64,000 nucleotides of DNA from a virus (Duplodnaviria; Caudoviricetes), in the IMG/VR virus record IMGVR_UViG_3300020159_004070, positions 1,465 to 65,464 of that record, one strand, 5' to 3'. How positions within the stretch are numbered: the first letter of the stretch is position 1; every line of letters starts with the position of its first letter. This document shows, in pieces, positions 1-9,019 of this stretch. Below the pieces are notes generated by a model. It was not told where the DNA came from, ran no database searches, and saw only the letters and a program-made list of their open reading frames with translations. Made by a program: the position numbers and the translations under genes.

Positions 1-577
1 TGAAAATTCAGACAATAATTGTAGATGACTTCTATAAGAATCCTGATGAGGTAAGAGCTTTTGCGCTCGCTCAGGAATTTTCCCAACATGGTAATTATCC
101 AGGACAAAGGACCAGATCTTTTTTGGCAGAAAACGTTAAAAAGTCCATTCAGGACATTGTCTTACCTTATGCTGGAGAGGTAATTTGGTGGGGAGACGAC
201 TCTACCGGGTCATTCCAGTATACTACTGCGAGTGACAGGTCGTGGATTCATAGCGACGATACAACCGATTGGGCAGCGGTTTTATACCTAACACCAGATG
301 CGCCATTGAGTTCTGGCACGGGGTTGTTCAGACATAAAAGTACCGGCGTAAGAAGATGGAAAAGTTCAGAACATCCCGACGATGTTAATGCAAATTCACC
401 TGCACATTTGCACAGTCAAGACATGACAAAATGGGAGATGATTGATAGGATTGGTAATATTTATAATCGTATGATTCTTTACAGGGGAGATTTATTTCAT
501 GTCTCTCTTGATTATTTTGGAGCCGGAAGGAAGATGGACGCTTATTTCAAGTTTTCTTTTTCAACACCGAAAAATAA
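1..577 (+). CDS. 2OG-Fe(II) oxygenase-like protein (DUF6445-like); start codon cut by the window edge; apparent 1-nt frameshift near 525-531
   Basis: Frame open from base 3 (KIQTIIVDDFYKNPDEVR..YPGQRT). Contains WIHSD (HxD), WAAVLYLTP, GTGLF and YNRMILYRGDLFH. The expected C-terminus EDGRLFQVFFFNTEK* lies in the -1 frame (530-577) and ends in a TAATG overlap with the next gene. Confidence 0.7.
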
Positions 578-1872
578 TGCTCGTAGTTAAAAGACCAACA
601 GCTTTGGTTTTTGGGTGGACTAAACCGCCGGGGAAGTATGAATATATTTCCGATCTTTTTTCCAAATCCGAAAGTTTGATGGGATGGGTAGATCTCATTT
701 CTCTGGGCGATCAGGAGTTTTCTTCAGAGTTCCTTTTCGATTTAAAACAGGATTATAAAGCAGATCTAATCGTAGTTGTAGGCTCGAATCTTGTATCAAG
801 ATTGGCTAGAAGCAGTTTTTTTGATAGAATTTATCTTTTTTTAGAATCTCAGCCGTCAGATGTAGAATTGGCCAATCTGGTTTTGCGAAAAGTTGTTGAG
901 AATCATTGTAACCCATATAAGCCTTTTTTTAGCGTTTTCACACCTGCGTATAAAACTGGTAAAAGGATTTTTCGGACTTACGATAGCTTAAAGGAGCAAA
1001 CTTTCACCGACTGGGAATGGGTCGTCATAGACGATTCTCCTTCCGATCATACAGAGCTTTGGCAAAATTTGATTAGCATAAGTGAAAAAGATTTCAGAGT
1101 AAAGCCAGTTCGCATAAATCCAAATAGCGGCGGATCAGTAGGAAAGGTTAAAAAGAGAGCCTGTTCTCTTTCCAGTGGTAAATGGTTGGTTGAGTTGGAT
1201 CACGACGATGAATTGATGAGGTCTTGTTTATCCGACGTGTATGATGCCTCCAAGGCTTTCCCTGATGCTGGATTTATTTATAGCGACTGCTCGGAAATAG
1301 AGTCTGACGGCACTTTCCGTAAATATGATGATCGGGTTGATTGGGATTTTTATGGTGTACATGATAATTATTATAATTTCGGTTATTCTGGTCACACCTG
1401 GGTCCAGATCGACGGAAAAAAATATTTACAGCACCACTCTCCTTCAATTAATCCAGTTACAATAAGATTTAATGTTTCGATGCCTAACCACGTTAGATGC
1501 TGGAATAAAAAGGTATATGATAGAATAGGGGGTCATAGTGAAACCTTGCCCCTTGCGGACGATTTTGAGCTCGTTATAAGGACTTTTTTAGAGACTCGTA
1601 TGGTTCATATCAGGAGGATGCTTTATCTGCAGCATAACAATAAAAGAAGCACTGTAGACATGAATTCTTTTGAGATCAACAGGTTGTCTAGAATAATCAA
1701 AGACGTATATAATGAAAGAATACATCAGAGAATTACCGATCTTGGTTATTTCGATTGGGAATGGGATAACTTTACAAATTCTTCTATCCACCAGGAAGCC
1801 TGGGTTCAGAGCGACTTAAGTTGCATAAGATTTGGTGAGGAGGAGCAGGTTCTAAATTACACTTACAATTAA
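577..1872 (+). CDS. Glycosyltransferase family 2
   Basis: FSVFTPAYK, WEWVVIDDS, VELDHDD (DxD) and ADDFEL motifs. Start placed at ATG 577 (TAATG coupling) rather than 499. Confidence 0.85.
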   Translation: MLVVKRPTALVFGWTKPPGKYEYISDLFSKSESLMGWVDLISLGDQEFSSEFLFDLKQDYKADLIVVVGSNLVSRLARSSFFDRIYLFLESQPSDVELANLVLRKVVENHCNPYKPFFSVFTPAYKTGKRIFRTYDSLKEQTFTDWEWVVIDDSPSDHTELWQNLISISEKDFRVKPVRINPNSGGSVGKVKKRACSLSSGKWLVELDHDDELMRSCLSDVYDASKAFPDAGFIYSDCSEIESDGTFRKYDDRVDWDFYGVHDNYYNFGYSGHTWVQIDGKKYLQHHSPSINPVTIRFNVSMPNHVRCWNKKVYDRIGGHSETLPLADDFELVIRTFLETRMVHIRRMLYLQHNNKRSTVDMNSFEINRLSRIIKDVYNERIHQRITDLGYFDWEWDNFTNSSIHQEAWVQSDLSCIRFGEEEQVLNYTYN

Positions 1873-1876
1873 CTAA

Positions 1877-3049
1877 ATGAATAATAAGAACGTAAAAATT
1901 TGTATGAATTCAATGTTTGCCAACGAGGCACACGTTGTAGAAAGGATGCTCGAATCCTGTTATAAATATATTGATTATTGGGTTGTCCAAATCAATGGAT
2001 CTACGGATGGAACCAAGGATATTGTGCAAAGGTTTTTTGACGAGAAAGGGATTCCAGGGTTTCTCTATGAGACTGAATGGAAGGGTTTTGGTCATAATAG
2101 GGATCACACACTTCAGGCCTGTCTGAATGCTGCTCATGGTTGTGATTGGATATTGAGGATGGATGCAGACGAGCAACTAGTTGTTGATGATGACTTTGAC
2201 TGGACGTTGCTGAACGATCTCTCGATACAAAGCTTCAATATTACAGCACAAGATCCGGGGGGAATCTACTTTAGAACATGGATGTGGAATGCAAAGTTAC
2301 CCTGGTATTTTCAGCCCGATGTCAAACATGAGGTGATTTCTCTCAAAGGTGCTGGTGTACATGACAACGAGTTCCAGATGGTAAATCTCCCAAGAACATT
2401 TAGGCACGTTATCACCAACGACGGAATGACGTGGTCGACAAATTTCAAATTTCTAAGAGATGCTCTCGAGCTAGAAGCTGATCAGGTTTGTTCTGGTAAA
2501 ATCAGAGAAAATAATTACCATCTTTTTTACATCGGAAAAAGCTATGCCGACACATATGCAGACCCAAATTTTCCATTTGGAAAATCACACAGCGACGAAT
2601 ACGCTAGAAGAACCATTTATTACCTGGAACATTATGTCCAGAGGGGATATCCCAACTATCTAGAGCATACCCAACCCCCAAGATGGGATGAAATGGCCTA
2701 TTTTTCTATAGTTCTTATAGGTAACGCACATAGATTCATGGGAAATATAGGCTTAGCCATAGAAAGGCTAGAAGAATCTGAATGGTACTGCCCGTTTAGA
2801 AACGAACATTTGGTATTCCTTGCTGAAATTTACGAGCAATTAGGTGAATATGAAAAGATGTTCGCTACTACAACGAGACTAGTAGAGCCGTCTAGAAAAA
2901 ATCCATTTCCAGACTGGTATTTTTTGATTTACACGAACGCATATCACGATACCGGTGAATATGTCTGGACCCTTCATGATAGGGCGAAAGGATATGTAGG
3001 CTTAAATGAGGTCAGCAAAACCTACGAATCTTTTCCTGGAATGGTTTGA
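1877..3049 (+). CDS. Glycosyltransferase (GT2-like) with C-terminal TPR-like helices
   Basis: ICMNSMFANEAHVVERMLES, GSTDGT, WKGFGHNR, WILRMDADE and KHE motifs, followed by helical repeats (FYIGKSY, PFRNEHLVFLAEIY). Confidence 0.8.
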   Translation: MNNKNVKICMNSMFANEAHVVERMLESCYKYIDYWVVQINGSTDGTKDIVQRFFDEKGIPGFLYETEWKGFGHNRDHTLQACLNAAHGCDWILRMDADEQLVVDDDFDWTLLNDLSIQSFNITAQDPGGIYFRTWMWNAKLPWYFQPDVKHEVISLKGAGVHDNEFQMVNLPRTFRHVITNDGMTWSTNFKFLRDALELEADQVCSGKIRENNYHLFYIGKSYADTYADPNFPFGKSHSDEYARRTIYYLEHYVQRGYPNYLEHTQPPRWDEMAYFSIVLIGNAHRFMGNIGLAIERLEESEWYCPFRNEHLVFLAEIYEQLGEYEKMFATTTRLVEPSRKNPFPDWYFLIYTNAYHDTGEYVWTLHDRAKGYVGLNEVSKTYESFPGMV

Positions 3050-3091
3050 TGAAATAAAAATGGAATTTTGCAATAAAATAAGGAAAAGATT

Positions 3092-3367
3092 ATGTCAAAC
3101 ACAACAAGATTAACTGACGAAGAATTAAAAAACGTATCTGAACTACGTAATGAAATATTCCAAAATGTGGAAATGCTTGGTAGGCTAAATATCCGTAAGC
3201 ATTTCCTACAAAAGGATTTAGGTGAGGTTGAAATGGAAATAATCGCACATTTGCAAAAATGTGAGGAGTTGGATTCAAAGGAAAGAGACCTAACTAATTC
3301 TATTGTTGAAAAATATGGGGAAGGAAATCTTGATTTTCAAACGGGCGAATATACACCTAAAGCTTAG
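3092..3367 (+). CDS. Small coiled-coil hypothetical phage protein
   Basis: 91 aa, helical, ends EKYGEGNLDFQTGEY. Confidence 0.6.
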   Translation: MSNTTRLTDEELKNVSELRNEIFQNVEMLGRLNIRKHFLQKDLGEVEMEIIAHLQKCEELDSKERDLTNSIVEKYGEGNLDFQTGEYTPKA

Positions 3368-3369
3368 AT

Positions 3370-4422
3370 ATGAAAGAGATCGAAGCGCTCAGAAAGACAA
3401 AATATGAGCTGATAAGAACTATAAATTCCATTCAGAAAACATTGGATGATAAATCCGGAGGGAAACCGAGGATTCTTTTTGTTGCGCCTCATCTTTCTAC
3501 TGGAGGTATGCCCCAGTATTTATACAAGAAAATTGAGTGCTTGTATGACCAAGCAGAGGTATTCTGCGTACAGTATAGTAATACTTCGGAGGCTTATGTA
3601 GTTCAGAGGAATAGAATTAAAAACAAAATTGGTGATGGATTCTTTTGCTTAGGTGAAGATAAATTTGAACTACTGGATGTAATTGAAAAGGTTTGTCCAG
3701 ATGTGATTCATTTCGATGATTTTGTTGAATTTTTTATGGACGATAAACTCATACGTAAGATCTATCAAGAGGATAGACCTTATTTTATACTTGAGACTTG
3801 TCACAGTTCTAACATCTCGCCTAACGAAAAAGTTTACTGTCCGGACAAGTTTGTTATGGTCAATCAATGGATGTGTAACAAGTTTTCTTCACTGGGTGTT
3901 CCTGTTGATATCTTAGAATACCCGATAGAAAATCTAAAAAGGCCGGAAAGAAATGAAGCATTGGGAGTTTTAGGACTGGATCCAAATGTCAAGCACGTAA
4001 TCAATGTAGGCTTGTTCACGCCTGGAAAAAACCAGGCTGAGTTAATCGATTATGCAAGGCAACTTACTGAATATCCTGTCCAGTTTCATTTCATAGGAAA
4101 TACAGCTCCTAATTTTCAGGATTATTGGGAGCCGCTGCTAGACAACCTGCCTAATAACTGTAAATTATGGGGAGAAAGGAACGACACTGATTTATTTTAT
4201 CAGTCTGCTGATCTATTTGTTTTTACATCCAATTGGGAGCTAAATCCCATAGTTATCAAAGAAACTTTATCTTGGGGGCTTCCGATTTTAATGAGAAGGC
4301 TAGAGCCCTACTTGGATTCTTATGATAACAATCCTTTAGTTACTTACCTTGCACCTGGAGGTATGTTCGATGATAAAAATAGGAACATCAATATGATAAA
4401 AGACTTACTTAAACTGGAATGA
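3370..4422 (+). CDS. Glycosyltransferase, GT4-like (GT-B fold)
   Basis: PHLSTGGMPQY, NVGLFTPGKNQ and ADLFVFTSNWELNPIVIKE (Ex7E) motifs. Confidence 0.85.
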   Translation: MKEIEALRKTKYELIRTINSIQKTLDDKSGGKPRILFVAPHLSTGGMPQYLYKKIECLYDQAEVFCVQYSNTSEAYVVQRNRIKNKIGDGFFCLGEDKFELLDVIEKVCPDVIHFDDFVEFFMDDKLIRKIYQEDRPYFILETCHSSNISPNEKVYCPDKFVMVNQWMCNKFSSLGVPVDILEYPIENLKRPERNEALGVLGLDPNVKHVINVGLFTPGKNQAELIDYARQLTEYPVQFHFIGNTAPNFQDYWEPLLDNLPNNCKLWGERNDTDLFYQSADLFVFTSNWELNPIVIKETLSWGLPILMRRLEPYLDSYDNNPLVTYLAPGGMFDDKNRNINMIKDLLKLE

Positions 4423-5597
4423 TAACAAAAGGTATAAACGTCTATAAAGGATTGACTAAATCAAAATTGGTAAGATTCAGGCATCCGATAAATTTTAAAT
4501 TTTCGTTCAATTACGGACCCAGAGTAGATTGTACAGGTCCATCATCCGCCGGATCAGTAAGGGTTGTATTTAAGGACAAGAATTCGGAGGGTGAGATTTA
4601 TTCTGGAGAAAGTAATCCAGGTCTTTTTACTACACTGTTCAGGAAATGGTATACCCCTTGGATAGTTGAGGCTTACCAGGATGACAACAAAATCTATGAA
4701 TTCGATTTCGAAAAAAGCTTATATGGAAGCAAGGTTTGTATCTCTATAGATTCTTCATCACTCGGAGACACGCTTGCCTGGGTCCCAGTGGCTGAAGCTT
4801 TTCGACAAAAATTCAAATGTGACTTGTATTTGACCTCTTTTTGGAGTGAGTTGCTTTGTCAATTTTACCCGGACATCAGGTTTCAAGTACCTGGTTACAG
4901 AGAGCCCGCAACTCATGCCACTTTCGGCCTTGGGTGGTACGAAGAAACTGATAGGAACACCCATTTGAGAGACCCAAGAACAATTTCCCTGCAACAGGTA
5001 GCGGGTGACATTTTAGGAATTTCTTTGGATGGTGACATGAATTACAAAAACATTCCTGCTACTATATCCAAATCTAAGCCCGTGATTGATGGAAAGTATG
5101 TTTGTTTTGCTATGGATTCAACAGCAAATGCCAAACATTGGCATTTACTTAACGGATGGCAAAGATTGGCAGATGAGCTTGCGAAAAAAGGTTACAAGGT
5201 TGCAGTAATACAAAAACAGCAAACAAATTTGCAGGGAGTTTTAGATAAGACTGGTGACCACGATATCCTTGAAAGAGCCATTGACGTCTATCATTCTTCC
5301 TTTGTTGTTGGAATAGGATCTGGGTTGAGCTGGCTCGGCTGGGCATTAGGAAAACCTGTTGTTATGATTAGCGGATTTTCTGATCCAAAATGTGAATTTG
5401 CAACTAAGAATTATAGGGTTATCAATAAGAATGTTTGTAACGGGTGCTTTAATGATCCCTCTCACAAATTTGATCGAGGCGATTGGGATTGGTGTCCTAG
5501 ACTTAAAGAAACGGAAAGAAGGTTTGAATGTACCAAGAGTATCTCCGTTGAAATGGTTCTTGAACACATAGAACTTCTAGAAAAAGAGCAACTATAA
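4419..5597 (+). CDS. Aah/TibC-like (autotransporter strand-loop-strand) protein O-heptosyltransferase, GT9-related
   Basis: SSSLGDTLAW, VGIGSGLSWLGWALGKPVVMISGFS and the four-Cys motif CNGC..WDWCP..RFECTKSIS typical of TibC/Aah. Confidence 0.8.
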   Translation: MITKGINVYKGLTKSKLVRFRHPINFKFSFNYGPRVDCTGPSSAGSVRVVFKDKNSEGEIYSGESNPGLFTTLFRKWYTPWIVEAYQDDNKIYEFDFEKSLYGSKVCISIDSSSLGDTLAWVPVAEAFRQKFKCDLYLTSFWSELLCQFYPDIRFQVPGYREPATHATFGLGWYEETDRNTHLRDPRTISLQQVAGDILGISLDGDMNYKNIPATISKSKPVIDGKYVCFAMDSTANAKHWHLLNGWQRLADELAKKGYKVAVIQKQQTNLQGVLDKTGDHDILERAIDVYHSSFVVGIGSGLSWLGWALGKPVVMISGFSDPKCEFATKNYRVINKNVCNGCFNDPSHKFDRGDWDWCPRLKETERRFECTKSISVEMVLEHIELLEKEQL

Positions 5598-5616
5598 AAC
5601 CTCATTTTTTGCTGCG

Positions 5617-5624
5617 GATATATA
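5617..5624 (+). promoter_or_regulatory. Late promoter GATATATA (neck/terminase operon)
   Basis: Octamer recurring upstream of structural genes; here it overlaps a T4-like TATAAATA. Confidence 0.7.
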
Positions 5625-5666
5625 AATACAATCAGGAGACTGTTTGTAAACAATATGACGTAGCTA

Positions 5667-8222
5667 ATGCAATTTTATCCAGAAAATAGATTTCCTAAAA
5701 AGGGTATTCCAGTTTATAATGGTAATGGGGAGCAAAGAGATCTTTCTGATCCAAGGTTCCGATACCAGGACGAACTAGAGAACACGACAAAAGTTTATCA
5801 ACAAAGCACAGATAACTTTTTCTCTACCCCAGATGCTGCCCTAGCTAGGGCAATCCAGCTTGGATGTAACGGATATCACACAGCGGAAGCATCTGATGGC
5901 ATTTATTATTATGTGCCTTGTGCGGATGCTGCTCAGTATGCATCAAGGATGCAGCAGTTTGATAGTGCTTTAAATTTTACATATATTGGTAATTATAGGG
6001 TTCTTACTTGGGATTCTCCTTTCCAATTTGTCCAATCTTTTGATGGGTGGTTAATTGAAACTGCTGGTGCTGTAGTTAACGGAGGAATTATATTGGATGG
6101 TGAAGCAAATTCCGAGGTTGTAAACGATATTGCGGTAGACTTCAGATATTCTGTTGATGGTGTATCATGGTCTCTTTGGGCAAACGTTGGTACAGCATTG
6201 ACAGGTTTTTCACAAGGATACACTTCCAATAACTCCTCGGATATATTTTCCATCCCCCTAAATCCAGCAAATCCTTTTTATCCTGAATTCAGATTTACCT
6301 CAGTAATACTAAACTCTGATGGAACGATTGCTTTTGAAAGTAATGAGCCAATCGATCCTTCGATTGTAATTCTAGATTTTGACCTTGAATTAACCTACGC
6401 AACAGGAGCCAGCGGTCCTAATAGTGTAATTGATAATCTTGTAATTAGAAAACCTGTTCCTTCGTGTTCTCCTGAAAAATCTAATCGTCCTGTTGTTTTT
6501 GATAATTGTAACTATACGTTCAATCCCTACGCTATTAACAAGGCTATCAATCTATACAAGGATTTAAGTTTGGTGGTCAACAAGGTTTTTGGATTTGAGA
6601 CTAACTACTATTCAGTCCAACCGCAAGCAAGAGCTAAAGATGTGATTCTTAAAGAATACACACTCTTCGATGTTGTCGATGAGAAGTGTGTGAAGGTTAT
6701 GGTTCCTTCTAATCAGTTTCCTGATAATAAACCAAATTATGATCCATTTGGAATTCAGTTTGAAGAACCTTTTGAAATTCACATAGATAAGACATATTTC
6801 GAAAGTATTTTCGGAAAGGGGTCTCAGCCAAGAAAAAGAGATATTATCTACTTTCCTCTTACTAACAGAATATATGAGATCAATTCCACATATTTGTTTA
6901 GGGATTTCATGTATTCCCCGGTCTATTATAAGATAGAGCTCAAAAAATACTCTCCTAAGTCAAACACTTATTTCAAAGATCCAGCATATAAGGAAGAACT
7001 AGATGGAATAGCGATCAACACCCAAGACTTATTTGGAGCAGAAACAATTGCTGAGGAGGAAAAAATTACTAAACCTCAACAATATCAAACTTCCACCCAA
7101 AGGAGAAGTGAGGATCCTATCAGGTCGTATGTTTACGAAAACCTTCCGATTATTGGATATGATCTGAATAACAACTGGACCATAGTTTTCAATAATTACT
7201 ATGATTTAGCAGATGCCTTTGTAACAGATTCAGAATTCATATTTGAACCTAATAAATATAGGAATGCGGTAAGATATAAGAATCTTCCTTATTTAGCTGA
7301 GGAGGGAGAACTGTCTTACACTTGTTGGTTTAGTCTGAAGAATTATGTTAACGAAAACTCTCTTGCTAAAAAACCTTTCTCTCCAGCTCCTATAACTAAA
7401 GTTTCTGAAACTGCTTCTGCTATTCTTTATAGCTCATACCCATATAAACATGGTTTACAGCCTTTCATGGATTTTGCAGAAAATCCAGAAGGCTATGTGG
7501 CTATTTCTGCAGATCTGAATCACTCGGGTGGATTTAAAGTTCTTTCTACTCCCGACGAATTCCAATTTACCGTTGCAAATCCAAACTTACCTTATGCAAC
7601 AAATATGTCGAATTGGAAAATGCAAAAGGCTCAAGCAAGAAATCTCATAGACGGGACTTATTATGACAGCAACGGAGATCTCAAAGGTTTGAGAATTGAT
7701 TTGGTCCATTCTGGAACTAACGATCCTGCGAATAACAATTATATTCAGCAGGGAAGTATTGAAATCCTCCTAAATGATTTGACATACGATTCTAGACTGC
7801 AATTTGTTCCGGAGCAAGGAGAATGGTACGGGGTGGTGGTAAACATTTCCAATAAGTACAGACAAATGGGTATTAACATTTGGAAAATGTCATATGATCC
7901 AACAAACCCAAACGAGCAAACTACCAACTTAATAAAAGTACATGAGGATTACAGGACTTTAACAACAGCTTACACTTTTGACGCACCAAAAGAAATAGTT
8001 ACTGATTTTGATAATCCTTTATACGGTACAGATAACAATGCATACAAGATATACACATCCCCTTTATTGCTGTCTAACGTGAGATTATTTAAGAATATGA
8101 TAGATATTGATAAGCAATCTATAGTTCTCAACCAAAACACTGTTAGAGATGCACAGCTTGCCTATATTATTGATAACGCTAAACCAAAACTAGTCTTGCC
8201 TAAGTTCGCAAGAAATAGGTAA
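5667..8222 (+). CDS. Neck protein (T4 gp14-like core) with extra N- and C-terminal domains
   Basis: Central segment VFGFETNYY..DVILKEY..DPFGIQFEEPFEIHIDK.YFE..PRKRDIIYFPLTNRIYEI resembles gp14. Sits upstream of terminase and has a late promoter. Confidence 0.65.
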   Translation: MQFYPENRFPKKGIPVYNGNGEQRDLSDPRFRYQDELENTTKVYQQSTDNFFSTPDAALARAIQLGCNGYHTAEASDGIYYYVPCADAAQYASRMQQFDSALNFTYIGNYRVLTWDSPFQFVQSFDGWLIETAGAVVNGGIILDGEANSEVVNDIAVDFRYSVDGVSWSLWANVGTALTGFSQGYTSNNSSDIFSIPLNPANPFYPEFRFTSVILNSDGTIAFESNEPIDPSIVILDFDLELTYATGASGPNSVIDNLVIRKPVPSCSPEKSNRPVVFDNCNYTFNPYAINKAINLYKDLSLVVNKVFGFETNYYSVQPQARAKDVILKEYTLFDVVDEKCVKVMVPSNQFPDNKPNYDPFGIQFEEPFEIHIDKTYFESIFGKGSQPRKRDIIYFPLTNRIYEINSTYLFRDFMYSPVYYKIELKKYSPKSNTYFKDPAYKEELDGIAINTQDLFGAETIAEEEKITKPQQYQTSTQRRSEDPIRSYVYENLPIIGYDLNNNWTIVFNNYYDLADAFVTDSEFIFEPNKYRNAVRYKNLPYLAEEGELSYTCWFSLKNYVNENSLAKKPFSPAPITKVSETASAILYSSYPYKHGLQPFMDFAENPEGYVAISADLNHSGGFKVLSTPDEFQFTVANPNLPYATNMSNWKMQKAQARNLIDGTYYDSNGDLKGLRIDLVHSGTNDPANNNYIQQGSIEILLNDLTYDSRLQFVPEQGEWYGVVVNISNKYRQMGINIWKMSYDPTNPNEQTTNLIKVHEDYRTLTTAYTFDAPKEIVTDFDNPLYGTDNNAYKIYTSPLLLSNVRLFKNMIDIDKQSIVLNQNTVRDAQLAYIIDNAKPKLVLPKFARNR

Positions 8223-8236
8223 TAAAAACTACAAAA

Positions 8237-9013
8237 ATGCCTAGAAGAAAACCAAAACCTGAGAGGGTTGTCCAAGAAAAAATTAAGGAAAGTCTAGATT
8301 CAATATTGAACGACGAAGACCTAGACTTTGATGCTGTTAAGGCTGAGGAATTGCCGAGACTTAAAACAACAGATCTGATGGATTTTTCCACTGCTCAGCA
8401 AACTACCGGGTCTGATGCAAAAAGTCTTTTAGATTCAATTGTTAAATTCTACCTCGACGAGAACTTTATCGACAAGGTAGATTATGTAGAATACAAGAAG
8501 AAAATTGATTCTATGAATCTAGCTTCTATGATGTTGCAATTGAAAACAGCACAACACGCTATCACCAAGTTGCTCGAAGAGATAGATTTGGGAAATGCGA
8601 ACCCAAGAATGTTTGAGGTTCTTGCTCAACTCCAATCCCAGATAATGCAAATGCCCAAGGACTACCAGAACTACGTTGATAAAATGGAAGAGGGGTACAA
8701 GAAAATTCAACACCAGATCGAAAAAAAATCTGATGTTGGATCTTTCACTTTGGAACCCAGCAACGACACCGAGGATAGTTTTTCTGCAAATCCAAATGGT
8801 GTTGGTGGAAATGGAATCAAGGTAAGAGGTACCAAGGGTCTGATGGAAGGATTACGAGACATCCTAGGATCTGAAATAGAGGATGTTAGAGTTGTCGAAG
8901 AGAATGACAACGCAGTGGTTAATGCGAAGAGGAAGGCTGAAATAGATGCTTCAAGAAACGTTTCTTTGAGTGATGAAGACTTCCTAGAGGTTGATGATGA
9001 CCTATTCAACTAA
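8237..9013 (+). CDS. Terminase small subunit (gp16-like), putative
   Basis: Immediately upstream of the large terminase; NPRMFEVLAQL resembles the gp16 PRxxEV motif. Confidence 0.6.
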   Translation: MPRRKPKPERVVQEKIKESLDSILNDEDLDFDAVKAEELPRLKTTDLMDFSTAQQTTGSDAKSLLDSIVKFYLDENFIDKVDYVEYKKKIDSMNLASMMLQLKTAQHAITKLLEEIDLGNANPRMFEVLAQLQSQIMQMPKDYQNYVDKMEEGYKKIQHQIEKKSDVGSFTLEPSNDTEDSFSANPNGVGGNGIKVRGTKGLMEGLRDILGSEIEDVRVVEENDNAVVNAKRKAEIDASRNVSLSDEDFLEVDDDLFN

Positions 9014-9019
9014 TTTTAT

